A stretch of DNA of 64,000 nucleotides, from the NCBI GenBank assembly GCA_000004695.1, contig CM000150.2:4480001-4544000 (forward strand). The letters are read 5' to 3'. The notes beneath the pieces are model-generated. The model saw only the letters and a list, made by a program, of their open reading frames with translations. It had not been told where the DNA came from and ran no database searches. This document shows, in pieces, positions 12,004 to 24,100 of the stretch. Positions within the stretch are counted from its first letter, which is position 1; each line of letters starts with the position of its first letter. The translations under genes and the position numbers were made by a program. Source of the DNA: Dictyostelium discoideum. Lineage: Eukaryota.

Positions 12004-12590
12004 GTTTTTTTAAAAAAAATAAAATAAATAATTAAAATTAATTGGAAATCGCTATCAAGATGTCATTTAGAAGCTTTTTTTTTCAGATCCAAAATTAATT
12101 TAATTAAAAATATTTAAAAAAAAAATAAAAAAAAATAAAAAAAAATTAAAAAAAAAAAAATAAAAAAGAAAAAATAAAAAATAATAAAAAAAAAAATTAA
12201 AAAAAAATAAAATTAAAAATAATAAAATTAAATTTAATAAAATTTGGAAAAACGATGTTGCAATAGATGAGGCTCATTAATGACACTATAACCTTATTCC
12301 AAAAAATAAATAACCCCACAGTTATTTTTTTGTATTTTTTTTTTTTTTTTTTATTTTAAAATTGAATCATAAAATATTATTTAGAACCATTCTGAATAAT
12401 TCTTTTTTATTTGAATACCTGGTGTTTAAGAAAAAAAATAAAAAAAAATAAAAAAAAAAGTAAAATGGGAAAATAATTTGATTGGAAAAAAAAAAAATAA
12501 AAAAATTTAATAAAAAGGTTATTTTTTTTTTATTGTTATTTAATATTTTTATTAATTTTATTTTTTATATTATTATTATTATTATTTTTT

Positions 12591-12672
12591 CCATCTGTTT
12601 TCAAATGACCAACCAAGTGTATACTGTGGTGAAGAATATTATAATCCCCATTGTTGTAAGACAATAACCACA
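12591..12672 (-). pseudogene. relic of ABCG 3' coding end with internal ~21-bp micro-inversion
   Basis: ccatctgttttcaaatgaccaaccaagtgtatactgtggtgaagaatattataatccccattgttgtaagacaataaccacat aligns to 6696-6765 and 13318-13387 (the minus-strand C-terminus ...[18 protein letters not shown]). The segment tgtggtgaagaatattataat is the reverse complement of the corresponding gene sequence. It abuts the right inverted-repeat arm. Confidence 0.5.
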
Positions 12673-12810
12673 TCTCATTAGGACATTTTAAAATAAATTT
12701 CTAAAAATGGATTTTGATTGTTTATTAAAATAGGGACTTTTCCAAAACAAAATTTGGACTTTTATATTAACTTTTGAAAGATTGAATACACCAACATTAA
12801 TCATATAAAT
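12669..12810. repeat. right arm of inverted repeat (partner of 11862-12003)
   Basis: The reverse complement aligns to the left arm along its whole length. The two arms enclose about 660 bp with no long ORF. Confidence 0.6.
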
Positions 12811-13231
12811 AAAAAAAAAAAAAAAAAATCTGAAATATATTAATAATTTTTTGGAATTTTCTTTTTTGATCTTTTTTTTATATTTTAAAATTAAATTACT
12901 ATAAATATTTTACTAATTTTTAAAGGTCAATAAAATGATTAATAGGTACCTTATTACATAATTATATTTCAAATTGTTCTACTAAAATGACATATGGCGT
13001 TGATGATTAATAAAAACTTCAATTATTTTCGAACATCATTCCAACAAATCATTTTTATAGTAGGAATTTTGAAAAAAAAAAAAAATAATAAACAATAAAC
13101 AATAAACAATAAAATTAATATATTTTTTTTTATTGTTAAATATTATTATTAATTTTATTTTATTGTTTATAATTATTATTTATTTATTTATTTTTTATTT
13201 ATTTTTTATTTATTTTTTTTTGGTTGAGATT

Positions 13232-16200
13232 TTATCTTCTTGGTTTTCTTGTTATATAAACAAATGTAATAACCATAAGAATATTAAATATCCAGAAACA
13301 TATTAAAATAGCTAAATTTCTCCATCTATTATCAAATGACCAACCAAGTGTATTATAATATTCTTCACCATTGTTGTAAAGACAATAACCACATTTACTT
13401 TCATCACCTTCATTTATTGCTTCAACATAACCTGTTAATGGTTCTGAAATTGGGAAATATTGTTTACATGTTACACCATTTACAGCTTCTGGATTTGTAA
13501 AATGAGTAAAATCTTCTGATGTACACTTTACATCGGTATGTTTTAATACATTTGTAACAATACCTTCCATAAAGTAACGACATGGGTTTAAATGATACAC
13601 CCATCCTCTCCAAAAGGTTGGAATTGACGATGGTATTACCATTACTCCACAGAAAAGAAATAGGAAAACAATTAACAATGGAATGAGTGTATGAGCTAAA
13701 AACTAAATTTTTTTTTTTTTTTTAAATGATTAATATTAATTTTTTTTTTTTTTTTTTTTTAATAAATAAAATGAGTCTTACCAAATTAAAACTAATTGCA
13801 GATACTGCTTGACCAAAGCTAACACAAAATAAAAGACTATAAAAAAATTTATAAAGATATCTAATTAGTAATTTCCTTTTTTTTTTTTTTTTTTTTTAAC
13901 AACCTACTATAAAATTAAAATAAACCAAAAATAAAAATTGATTTCATTAAATTTAGTATATAAACCAGCTGTCCAAAAAGAACAAAAGAAAAAAAAAGTA
14001 CCAGATATTATTACAATTGGTATCTCCACTGCAACTATTGAAATTGCAAATGGAAACCAAGAATAAAATTTTGATGCAAAATCTCTCTTAAAGTATTCCT
14101 GTTGCATAATGAATTGTGGAAGTACAACGAAAATTAACAAAATTCCAAGAATGAGTGTTTCGAAAATAAAGAATACACGTTGACTCATATCTGAACTTGA
14201 TCCTTTTAATGACCAAAAAGTAAAACCCATTATCAAACCTGCCATTGAAGCTTGAATGAATGAACCATACGTATAGAATGGATCTCTCCACCAAATTATA
14301 TTTAAACGTTTATAAACTTCAATAGTTTGATACCATATTGGTGTTGCAAATTCTCTTGGTTTACCATGGTCTTCAGTCGATGATGGTCCTTGTGCTTCCA
14401 ATGCTGCTAATTCACGCTCAATCTCTTGTAATTCTGGTGATTGTTTCCAAGTTTCTGACCAATTAACATCACTTTTACCATGTACACCTGCACCAGTTGC
14501 TTCTAAAATATATTCTGCTGGATTTTCACTTTCAGTACATGGACGAACACCATATCTTTCGAAATAAGATGTTAAAGTTTTTGACCCTTCACCAATATCA
14601 CCAAAATAAACAGTTTTACCACCTTTTGCTAATAAAAGAATACGATCAAAATGTTCAAATAATACTGAAGAAGGTTGATGAATTGTACAAACTAATGGCA
14701 TACCAGCATCTGCTAATTTACGAATAAATTTAACAATGTTATATGATGATTGAGCATCTAAACCTGATGTTGGTTCATCAAGGAAAAGAATATGTGGTTT
14801 TGCAACCAATTCTACACCAATTGTTAATCTTTTTCTTTCTTCAACGGAAATACCAACACCAGTTTCTAATGTACCAATTAAAGCATCACCTAAATGTTTC
14901 ATTTCCATCATTTCTAAAACATGTTCAACATAATCAAACTTTTCTTCTAATAAAACTGAAGGTTCTTGACGTAATTTTGCAGAGAAACGTAATGCTTCTC
15001 TCACGGTTAAACCTGGATTATGAACATCCATTTGTTCTACATAACCGGTAATACGTTCAAAATCAATTTCTAATGGTTTACCATTAAGGAAACATTTACC
15101 TTGAACTTCACCCATTGTTTTTCTTTTTGCTAATACATCGAGTAATGTTGTTTTACCAGCACCTGATGAACCCATTAATGCTGTCATTTGACCTGGTTTA
15201 ATCCAACCTTCAACATTATCTAATAGTAATCTTTTTCCACCTTTTACTGGTACAGTATAATTAATATTTTGCCAAGTGAAAATACCACCTCTCATTTTTA
15301 AAGTATCTTTCATTTTACTTGTAGCATTTGCAACTATTTGATTTTGTTTCTTTTCTTCCTCAACATCATTCATTTTTGGAGCTTTACCTTTTTTATAAAC
15401 TTTATGACTATAACCTCCACCAGTCCAATCGAAATATTCCATTGCGAACATATTTAAAACAATGTAAAGTATCCACCAAAGATAAAGTATAAAAACATTT
15501 TGAGTAAGATCGTCTGATCTAAAGTGGAATGACTCTTCAATATATTTAGAACCTGATACTGTTAAATTTCCCATTGATGCACCAGGAGATGCACAAATTC
15601 TATAACTATTATCATATACTATAATTTTATTTGGATCAGATGGAATTGCTGTATCTTGACAATCGAATGATAAATCACCAAATTCATTTGCCATAAGTGC
15701 TTTAAATGCATAACTAAATGGATTACACCTATAAAAAAAGAAAAAAAAAAAAAAAAATTATTAATATATATTCCTTAAATTTTAATAAAATTATTTTAAT
15801 TAAAAAAACTTACCAATAAAACCAAGAAAACCATGGATGCATTTTTGGTTTTGGAATTGTATAACCAGTGTATGTAATCATAGAAATGATGAAGATATTC
15901 ATTACATTTTGACTAATGTAAAGTGATGGTGAGAAATTACCAAACATACGGAAAAGATTTGTTGTTGCCAATGTTGCACCTACTAATGTAAAACAGAAAA
16001 TGAAGAATTTTCCAGCATCGTATTGTAAACCAAACATAAAGTAAACCACAATTGAGAATAAGAATACTTGAATAATCGTTAAGGGTATATCAGTAACAAT
16101 TTGTGCAATATGTAAAGCTGATGGACGATACATAGCGTAAGAATGTTGCTTTTGTAAAATACCCCTTTGTCCGAAAGTTAAAGGCATTTCGCATTCGCAT

Positions 16201-18057
16201 AAAAGAGCATTGAATAGAATAACTGAAAAAAGAGTACCACCTCTTGTAAATAAACCATTAATATTTGTTTCTAAATTATAAAATATTGAGCCATAAACAA
16301 ATGATTGAGTAAATACTGATAGGTATCTAGAGCCTAATGATAATTTATCACCCCAAATAATTTGGAAATTTCTAACGATTAACGCTTTAACTTGAGTTAA
16401 AAATGAAGTTGTATAAATTGATCTCTTTGAAGTGGTTTTACTTTTTTCGGCTTTAACTTCTTGAATGAAATCAACTGCTGGTTGTTCAATTTCAATCTTT
16501 CTTTCATATTCTTTTTGTTCCTCTAACATATCTCTATACATTGAAGAGTTTCTCCAAGCAGCTTCGAAATCGGCGAAAGTTTCTGGAACACGACCTTCAA
16601 ATCCTTGTCTAATAATACGTTCTTGTGGATTTGTAACACCTGTCAAAAAATCTGGTGTTGACTTTCTTGGTTCACAATCGAATCCTAAATCTATAAAATA
16701 TTGTTTTGCTTTATTGCCAGGTCCAAAATAAATTAATCTACCTTTTTCAATGACTGCAACATTATCAAATAAATTATAAATTGAATCTGATGCTTGATAA
16801 AATGATGCAATTGTAGTCTTATCCAATGTATCTGACATGATTCGAATTGATTTTGCATAATCTAATGCACTTGCTGCATCAAGACCACGAGTTGAACAAT
16901 CATAACATGTAATTGATGCCGAAGATACCATTGCTTCTGTAATTGTTAATCTTTTACGTTCACCACCTGATAAACCTCTAATAAATTCATTACCAACAAT
17001 CTAAATAATTTTTAAATATTAAAAAATAATATCAATTAATAAATTAACCAATATTATTATTATTATTAAAAACTTACAGTATCAGCTTGATGAACAATAC
17101 CAAACATTCCTAATAATAAATCAAATATTCTTTTTCTATATGTACGCTTTTTTTCATCTGGTAAACGATTATGAATTGTTTTACATTTTAATGCGAAATC
17201 TAAAGTCTGACGAACTGTTAAAGTTGGATGATGAGTATCCTCTTCTGGTGTATAAATTGATTCACCTTGATAACGTTTCCATTCTTTTGCTGGAATACCA
17301 CCATATGTAATATCACCTTTAACTTCAACATATGATCCTCTTTGATTTGAAATTAAACGTAATAATGTCTATAAAATTAAAAAAAAAATTATTAATATTA
17401 TTTTTATTACTAAAAAAAAAAAAAAATTAAAAAAAAAAAATTAAAATAGTTTACCGAGCAACCAGAACCAGGACGACCTAATACTAATAACATTCCACCA
17501 TCTCTGTTGAATAAAGTAATATCATGAAGAATATCAAAAGTACTACCTTTCTCTTTCCAAGTTGATGGTTTAAATAAATTTAAAATTTTAAATATTGGTG
17601 TTGATAAATCTGAAATTACAGATTGATCAGCACCGACACCCACGACTGTTAAATTTCTAACTGAAACACCCATTTTCTTTGGTTTTTGACCATTACCTAT
17701 TTTTTAATAAATTTTAAAAATTAATATTTTTAAAAAAAAATAAAAAAATAATATAATATTAACCATCAACTCACCTAATGCCACACGTTGAGAATTTTCA
17801 AAATATTTTCTTAATTTAAAATCTTCATCATTTTCATTATGATTATTTTCAGCATCTAAATTTGATAAATATTGTTTTGAATCAGTTTCTAATTCATTGG
17901 CAATATATTTAAATTGATTTTCACTATTTTGGATATCTGGTGAATTTAATTGGAAATCATCACCAACCACACCAAAATTATTATTATTATTTGGTGTATT
18001 AATATTTAAATTTTCAACTTCCTGGAAAGAATACTCATTTAATTCAAATTCTTTCAT
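13232..18057 (-). CDS. ABC transporter G family, full-size PDR-type, paralog 2, with 7 introns; exons approx 18057-17775, 17696-17455, 17368-17078, 17000-15814, 15728-13908, 13836-13782, 13702-13232
   Basis: Protein is about 90% identical to paralog 1. Two introns are shared with paralog 1 (after GSGCS, and after ADT|IVGNEF). Four more appear only here, all GT-AG, phase-consistent and 71-85 bp. (1) Intron 17697-17774 splits QRVALG|NGQKPKK. (2) Intron 15729-15813 splits WFYW|CNPFSYAF. (3) Intron 13837-13907 splits FWFILILY|LLFCVSFGQ. (4) Intron 13703-13781 splits AISFNL|FLAHTLIP. Segments correspond to track ORFs 17704-18057, 17410-17673, 15810-16931, 13907-15694 and 13232-13678. Confidence 0.85.
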
Positions 18058-18758
18058 TTTTTTTTTTTTTTATTTTTAATTTTTTAATATTTGATTAAAA
18101 GAAAAAAAAAAAAAAAAAAAAGATAAGAGGTTTTCTAAAAATAGTTAGTATTTATAGTTTTATTATTATTTTTTTTTTTTTTTTTTTTTTTCACTTACAA
18201 TTTTTTTAATAATTTTTTTTTTTTTTAAAGATAAAAAAAGAAAAAAGTTTTTATTAATAACCACTTATTTTTCATTTATTAAGTTTAGCTTTTATACCAA
18301 AAAAAAAATAAAAAAAAAAAAATAATAAAAAATAATAAAAATAAAAAAATAAAATAAAATAATGAAAATAATAAAAAAGCCATTATAAAATTTTATAATG
18401 ACTCACTATCCAAATATGGTAAAAGCAAATACTTTATAAAGACATTGCACGGTTTGAAAACAATCAAAAAAAAAAAAAATTTAAAGCCAACACCAATTTT
18501 TTATTTTTTTATTTTTTTTTTATTTTTGAAACGTTTCAAAGACACTAGAACGTTATTTTGTTCCGTTACTGATTATAAAAATAAATTGATTGAAAATAAA
18601 ATTTTGTAAGGACCCTTAACTTGACAAATTTAGAAGGAGTGATTGCCAAATACAATCAAGTTACACAAAAAATTTTAAAAATCAATTGTGATTGCATATT
18701 TATTTTTACGAGAACAATAAAGAATAACGGAACGGAATGAATTTAGTTTAAGACCAAA

Positions 18759-18787
18759 GAAAAAAAAAAAAAAAAAAAAAAAAATTG

Positions 18788-18871
<84 letters not shown>
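18759..18871. repeat. poly(dA) tract (~110 nt, one TTG interruption)
   Basis: A-run 18759-18784, then ttg, then an uninterrupted A-run 18788-18871. It lies in the divergent intergenic region between ABCG paralog 2 (minus) and the 19254 gene (plus). Confidence 0.9.
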
Positions 18872-18873
<2 letters not shown>

Positions 18874-19253
18874 AATATCTTAAACTTTTTATGATAATAT
18901 TATATTTTCACAAAAAAAAAAAAATTGAAAATATTATATCAATTATCATAAAAAAAAAATTTTGGATATTTATAATATTTATTTTTTTTTATTATTATTT
19001 TTTTTTGAGATACATTATAAAAGTGAAGAAATAAAAACGAAACTTTTTAAAATAAAAAATTAAATTCTAAGAAAAAAAAGACTTTTTTTTATTATTTTTT
19101 TTTTATAAATTTTTTTTTTTTTTTTTTTTTTTTCATCAAAAAAATTTTTTTTTTTTTTTTTTTTTTTATCAACTCATTTTTTTATTTGAATTTATAAATT
19201 ATATAATTAATATATTTATTTATTTATTTTTTTAAAAAAAAAAAAAAAAAAAA

Positions 19254-22247
19254 ATGGTTGACAAAAGTGAAATAATAAAAAATATAGATATAATCAATAA
19301 TTTGATAATTAATAAAATCTCAAAAACCAATGAAAATGAAAATTTTGAAGAATACTTCAAAAATTTAAATAATATTCAATTAAATGAATACTCTGGTTTA
19401 TATTTATGGGTATCATTAAGAGATCAATCAATTAAAAATAATTTAGAATATCATAAAGTCATTGAAAAGTTTAAAACAATTTTAAACAATAGAGAGAAGA
19501 ATAACGACACTGATGAAAACAATAATAATAATAATAATAATAAAAACATAAAAACTTTATTATCATTATATAACAATTCAATTGTTTCAAATACATTCTT
19601 ACAAAAAGATATAAAACCAATTCAAAAGTATTATTTATCAAATTATCAAGTTACCCCAAATGATTGTTCAACAACAACAACAACAACAATAAATTCAAAA
19701 ATAACATCAACACCAACACAATTAATTAAAGTTTATAGTGAATATAAAAAAGAATCAATGGTATTAAGGGATACTTTTGCAGATAAATCAATTTTTAAAA
19801 GAGAAGAAATTACAAATGATGAAATGACACATCCATTTATAAAATTTAATGATTATATTATTGAGCTTGATAAGAATAAAAATGAAGATAAAGCAATTGA
19901 AGAATTAGGTATTAATCCAATTGGTGATTGGTCAATTAATAATTCTTTTGAATTATTTAAAGATTGTTTTAATATATTTACAAAAGGTGTTTTAAATGGT
20001 ATTGAATGGTCAAATGAAAATAGAGATAATACTAAAGTTATTGTATCAGGTGGTTCGGTTTCATCATGTTTAAGTACATTACCAAAAAGATTATTAAAAC
20101 TTTATTATGAAATGAAAATGGTAGCACGTTTATTAAACCAATTAAAATTACCATTTAATGTGGTTCAATCGATTTATGAATATTCTAAACCATATAATCA
20201 ATTCTTTATTGAATTGGAGAAACATTATCATTCAATGGAATCACCATTTTTAAATAGTGATTTAGATTTATTCTTTATTACACCATCAATAAGTGAAGGT
20301 AAAAAGAAATTAGAAGAGGTTGCATTAAAGATTCAATCAAATTTAATTTCAAAATCAGATCATACCGATTTAAGATTTGTTCGTACCCAAAATTCAATTA
20401 CCATTGTATCATCATATCCATATAGACCAATTCAATTAATGATTTTCTTTATTCGTTCAATTGAAGATTTAATTTCATTCTATGATTTAGATTGTGTTAC
20501 TACAGCGTACAATGGTGAAAATGTTTTCCTATTACCACGTACAATCAATGCTTTCAATAAAAGATTAAATATGGTACCGCCTGCATTATTTAATCCTGAC
20601 AATGATAGATTATACAAATATCTTTATCGTGGCTTTAATGCAATGTGTTTTGAAAATTGTATTCATGAAACAAGATGTGATAAGAAAAGTACACTTTATG
20701 ATTTAGTTTTAAATCCAGATTCAATCTCCAAAGATACTCATGGTCGTCCTGAATTTGTAGTGTCAAGTTATAATCAAGATAGTGCAAGTTTCTTTAATTT
20801 CCCATATGGTCCTGAGAAATCATTTGAAGATGTTTTAAAAGAATTGGATAAAAAAAATTATTTAAATTCAATTAATTTCAATGATCAATTATTTGATAAT
20901 CTCCAATATTCAACTCACCCATGTGATTGGAGATTTAAATTCATAAAGATAAAGAATTTATCTTCAAATGTTACTTTCAAATGTTATATGTGTAAGAAAA
21001 ATTTAGATGATACAACCTCAAGATTATGTTCATTTTGTTGTTATATAAATGAAACTTTATTTGAAGATTTATCTTATGAAATAAGTCGTGCTCGATTGAT
21101 TATGAATGAAAAATATGCAATTGTAACTGGTGGACGTATTAAAATTGGTTTAAAAATAGCAATTAGTTTATTAGATTTAGGTTTCAATGTAATTATTACA
21201 ACTCGTTTCCCACAATGTGCAATGGAGAAATTTAAAGAATTGCTTTTACCTAAATATTTAGAAAGATTAAGAATTTATGGTGTTGACTTTAGAAATGTTC
21301 AAGCTGTTCAATCATTCATTGATACAATTAAATCTACAATACCAAGAATTGATATTTTAATTAATAATGCTGCTCAAACTATTCGTAGACCAAGGGCCTA
21401 TTATTATGATTTAATTCAAAAAGAAAAACAATTATTATTAAATAATAATAAAATTAATGCTATATCACCTAATGAATCCAAACAACAACAACAACAACAA
21501 CAACAAAAACTACAACAACAACAACTACAAAATGGTGTTTTAACTTTAACTTGTAAAAAGGATGGTGAATTATCAACAATTTCATCAATTGAAATAGTTG
21601 AAAAAGTTTTAATAGATTGTGATAAAGATGAAAGTAATTTTGAAATTTTCCCACCAGGTCAAGTTGATGAACATGGTGAACAATTAGATCTTCGTGAAAA
21701 GACAAGTTGGGTCCAAAGTGTTGAAGAAATTTCAGTTGTTGAAGTAGCTGAAGTCTCTTTGGTAAATTCAACCATACCATTCATGTTGGTATCACAATTA
21801 TCTTCAATGATGGGAGCAAATTGTCAACCAAATAATTTTAACAAAAATGAAATTGGATATGAAAAATCATTAAAACATATTAAAAGAAATGATTGGTCTT
21901 ATATTGTTAATGTTACCTCACCAGAAGGAGAGTTTAAAAATGAAATTAACTCTTTGACAGGTTTACATGTCCACACAAATATGGCAAAATCAAGTTTAAA
22001 TATGATGACAAAAACCATTGCTTACACTCATGAAATTAAGAATATCTATGTTTGTGGTGCTGATACTGGTTGGATTTCAGATATGCAACCAAAAAGAAAT
22101 GATCTTGGTTTACCATCAAGAGATCCTCCCCTCAGTGAAGAGGATGGTGCAAATCGTGTTTTGTACCCAATCTTTCATCACATGGTTGAAGATAATAGAC
22201 ATCCATCTGGAGTTAATTTCGTTAATTTTAAACCAGTTGAGTGGTAA
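19254..22247 (+). CDS. large protein with C-terminal SDR-like (short-chain dehydrogenase/reductase Rossmann) domain
   Basis: A 997-aa ORF. The C-terminal third has the SDR cofactor motif AIVTGGRIKIGLKIA (TGxxxGIG-like), INNAAQT (NNAG), IVNVTSPEG, a YxxxK-like HTNMAKSSLNMMTK in which Tyr appears replaced by His, and IYVCGADTGWISD (PG-like). The N-terminal ~600 aa are Asn-rich and Cys-rich and of unknown function. Confidence 0.65.
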   Translation: MVDKSEIIKNIDIINNLIINKISKTNENENFEEYFKNLNNIQLNEYSGLYLWVSLRDQSIKNNLEYHKVIEKFKTILNNREKNNDTDENNNNNNNNKNIKTLLSLYNNSIVSNTFLQKDIKPIQKYYLSNYQVTPNDCSTTTTTTINSKITSTPTQLIKVYSEYKKESMVLRDTFADKSIFKREEITNDEMTHPFIKFNDYIIELDKNKNEDKAIEELGINPIGDWSINNSFELFKDCFNIFTKGVLNGIEWSNENRDNTKVIVSGGSVSSCLSTLPKRLLKLYYEMKMVARLLNQLKLPFNVVQSIYEYSKPYNQFFIELEKHYHSMESPFLNSDLDLFFITPSISEGKKKLEEVALKIQSNLISKSDHTDLRFVRTQNSITIVSSYPYRPIQLMIFFIRSIEDLISFYDLDCVTTAYNGENVFLLPRTINAFNKRLNMVPPALFNPDNDRLYKYLYRGFNAMCFENCIHETRCDKKSTLYDLVLNPDSISKDTHGRPEFVVSSYNQDSASFFNFPYGPEKSFEDVLKELDKKNYLNSINFNDQLFDNLQYSTHPCDWRFKFIKIKNLSSNVTFKCYMCKKNLDDTTSRLCSFCCYINETLFEDLSYEISRARLIMNEKYAIVTGGRIKIGLKIAISLLDLGFNVIITTRFPQCAMEKFKELLLPKYLERLRIYGVDFRNVQAVQSFIDTIKSTIPRIDILINNAAQTIRRPRAYYYDLIQKEKQLLLNNNKINAISPNESKQQQQQQQQKLQQQQLQNGVLTLTCKKDGELSTISSIEIVEKVLIDCDKDESNFEIFPPGQVDEHGEQLDLREKTSWVQSVEEISVVEVAEVSLVNSTIPFMLVSQLSSMMGANCQPNNFNKNEIGYEKSLKHIKRNDWSYIVNVTSPEGEFKNEINSLTGLHVHTNMAKSSLNMMTKTIAYTHEIKNIYVCGADTGWISDMQPKRNDLGLPSRDPPLSEEDGANRVLYPIFHHMVEDNRHPSGVNFVNFKPVEW

Positions 22248-22536
22248 AATATAAGTAAATAAATAAATTAATAAATAAATAAATAAATAAATAAATGAAT
22301 AAATAAATAATAAAAAAAATAAATAAAATGAATAAATAAATAAATAAAATAAATAATTTTTGTTGAATTGGATAATGCGATTGTTGGTTGTATCCTTGAG
22401 TGTTGTTATTAATAAAAAAAAAAAAGAAATATAAAATAAAATAAAGCATAACAAATTTTTTTTTTTTTTTGTTTAATATTTTTATTTAATAAGGTTTATT
22501 TAAATTACTACTATTTAGACAAGATATATTTCAAAC

Positions 22537-22776
22537 TTAATTATCATAATCTTCATCTCTTTCATCTTCATCCAATTCACCAAAAGAACTATCGGAAGGA
22601 TCATCATCATCAAGAGGATTAAATCTTTGTTTTTTGTTTGGTTGATGTCGTTGTTGGTGTTGCTGTTGTTGATAGGAATGATGTTGGTATTGATTATTGT
22701 TATTATGGTTACTATTATAATTATTATTGTTATAGTTATTATGGTTGCTTTTATGATGAAGTTGTTGTAGTTGAGG

Positions 22777-22841
<65 letters not shown>

Positions 22842-23360
22842 GAGGTTGTTGTTGTTGTTGTTGAGGTTGTTGTTGTTGTTGAGGTTGTTGTTGTTGTTGA
22901 GGTTGTTGTTGTTGAGGTTGTTGTTGGGGTCTTGTTACAAAAGTTGGTTGTGGATTTGGTTCATCATCATTAGTGAGGTTTGATAGTGACATTGGATCAT
23001 ATCTTTTACCGCCACCATTATTGATATTATTGAGGTTTGTATTGCTATTGTTATTGTTGTTAATGTTGTTAAAATTACTTATCATATTGTTATTGTTATT
23101 ATTACCACTACTATTTGAACTATAATCCCTAAACTCTCTATTGTCTCTGTTTGGTCTATTATCTCTATGTTCTCTATGTTCTCTATTTTCTCTGTTTTCT
23201 CTATTTTCTCTGTTTTCTCTATCACCTCTATGTTCTCTATTTTCTCTGTGACGCTCTCTGTGCTCTTTGTGATTACTAGATCTATGCTCTTTGTGTTCTC
23301 TGTGATGATCTTTGCCACTGTGATCTCTTTGATTATTATTGTTGGTATTATTGTTGTTGC

Positions 23361-23393
<33 letters not shown>

Positions 23394-24051
23394 TATTATT
23401 ATTATTATTATTATTCATATTATTATTATTATTATTATTATTATTGTTATTACTATTATTATTATTATTATTATTGTTCATATTATTCATATTATTCATA
23501 TTATTATTATTATTATTATTATTAATCATATTATTATTATTATTATTCATATTATTATTATTATTATTAATATTAATGTTACTATTATTGTTATTATTAT
23601 TACTGTTATGGTGATGGTGATCGCTTCTATTTGATTCTCTACTATGATGTTCTTTTTGATCTCTACTTCTCTCTCTGTCTCTCTCTCTACCCTCTTTACT
23701 TTCCTTTTGTCTTTCTCTATCCCTGTCTCTATCCCTGTCTCTATCTCTATCTCCACCCTTACTTGATTTTGACGATGATGATTTAGATTTTTGTGGAGTT
23801 TGATTAGGGTTTTGAGATTGTTGATGGTTTTCATTATTGTTGTTAATATTATTATTGTTATTATTAATATTATTATTATTATTGCTAATGTTGTTATTTT
23901 GAGAAAGGTTACATGGTGAAGCAGGTGGGGATAAGCTATTATTGTTATGGTTTCCTTTCGAATTATTTAAAAGTTTAGTTGAAGTAGTAGTTGTGGTTGA
24001 GTTATTTTTATCTACATTTGGGCTTTGGATTGCTTGTTGTTGTTGTGGTTT

Positions 24052-24100
<49 letters not shown>

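Noticed and set aside
12482-12667. Plus-strand 61-aa ORF in the inter-paralog spacer
   Set aside because: It overlaps the inverted-repeat element and the micro-inverted ABCG relic. Isoleucine-rich junk translation.
18520-18730. Possible tRNA or class I small RNA in the GC-richer island
   Set aside because: No acceptor-stem/T-arm pairing and no GTTCGA-type T-loop. I did not find the motif I recall for class I RNAs (ccttacagcaa) or snoRNA C/D boxes. Kept only as a low-confidence finding.
22116-22454. Minus-strand ORFs in the (AAATA)n-rich segment after the 19254 gene
   Set aside because: Simple-sequence 3' UTR or intergenic DNA. Phe/Ile/Leu/Tyr-only translations.
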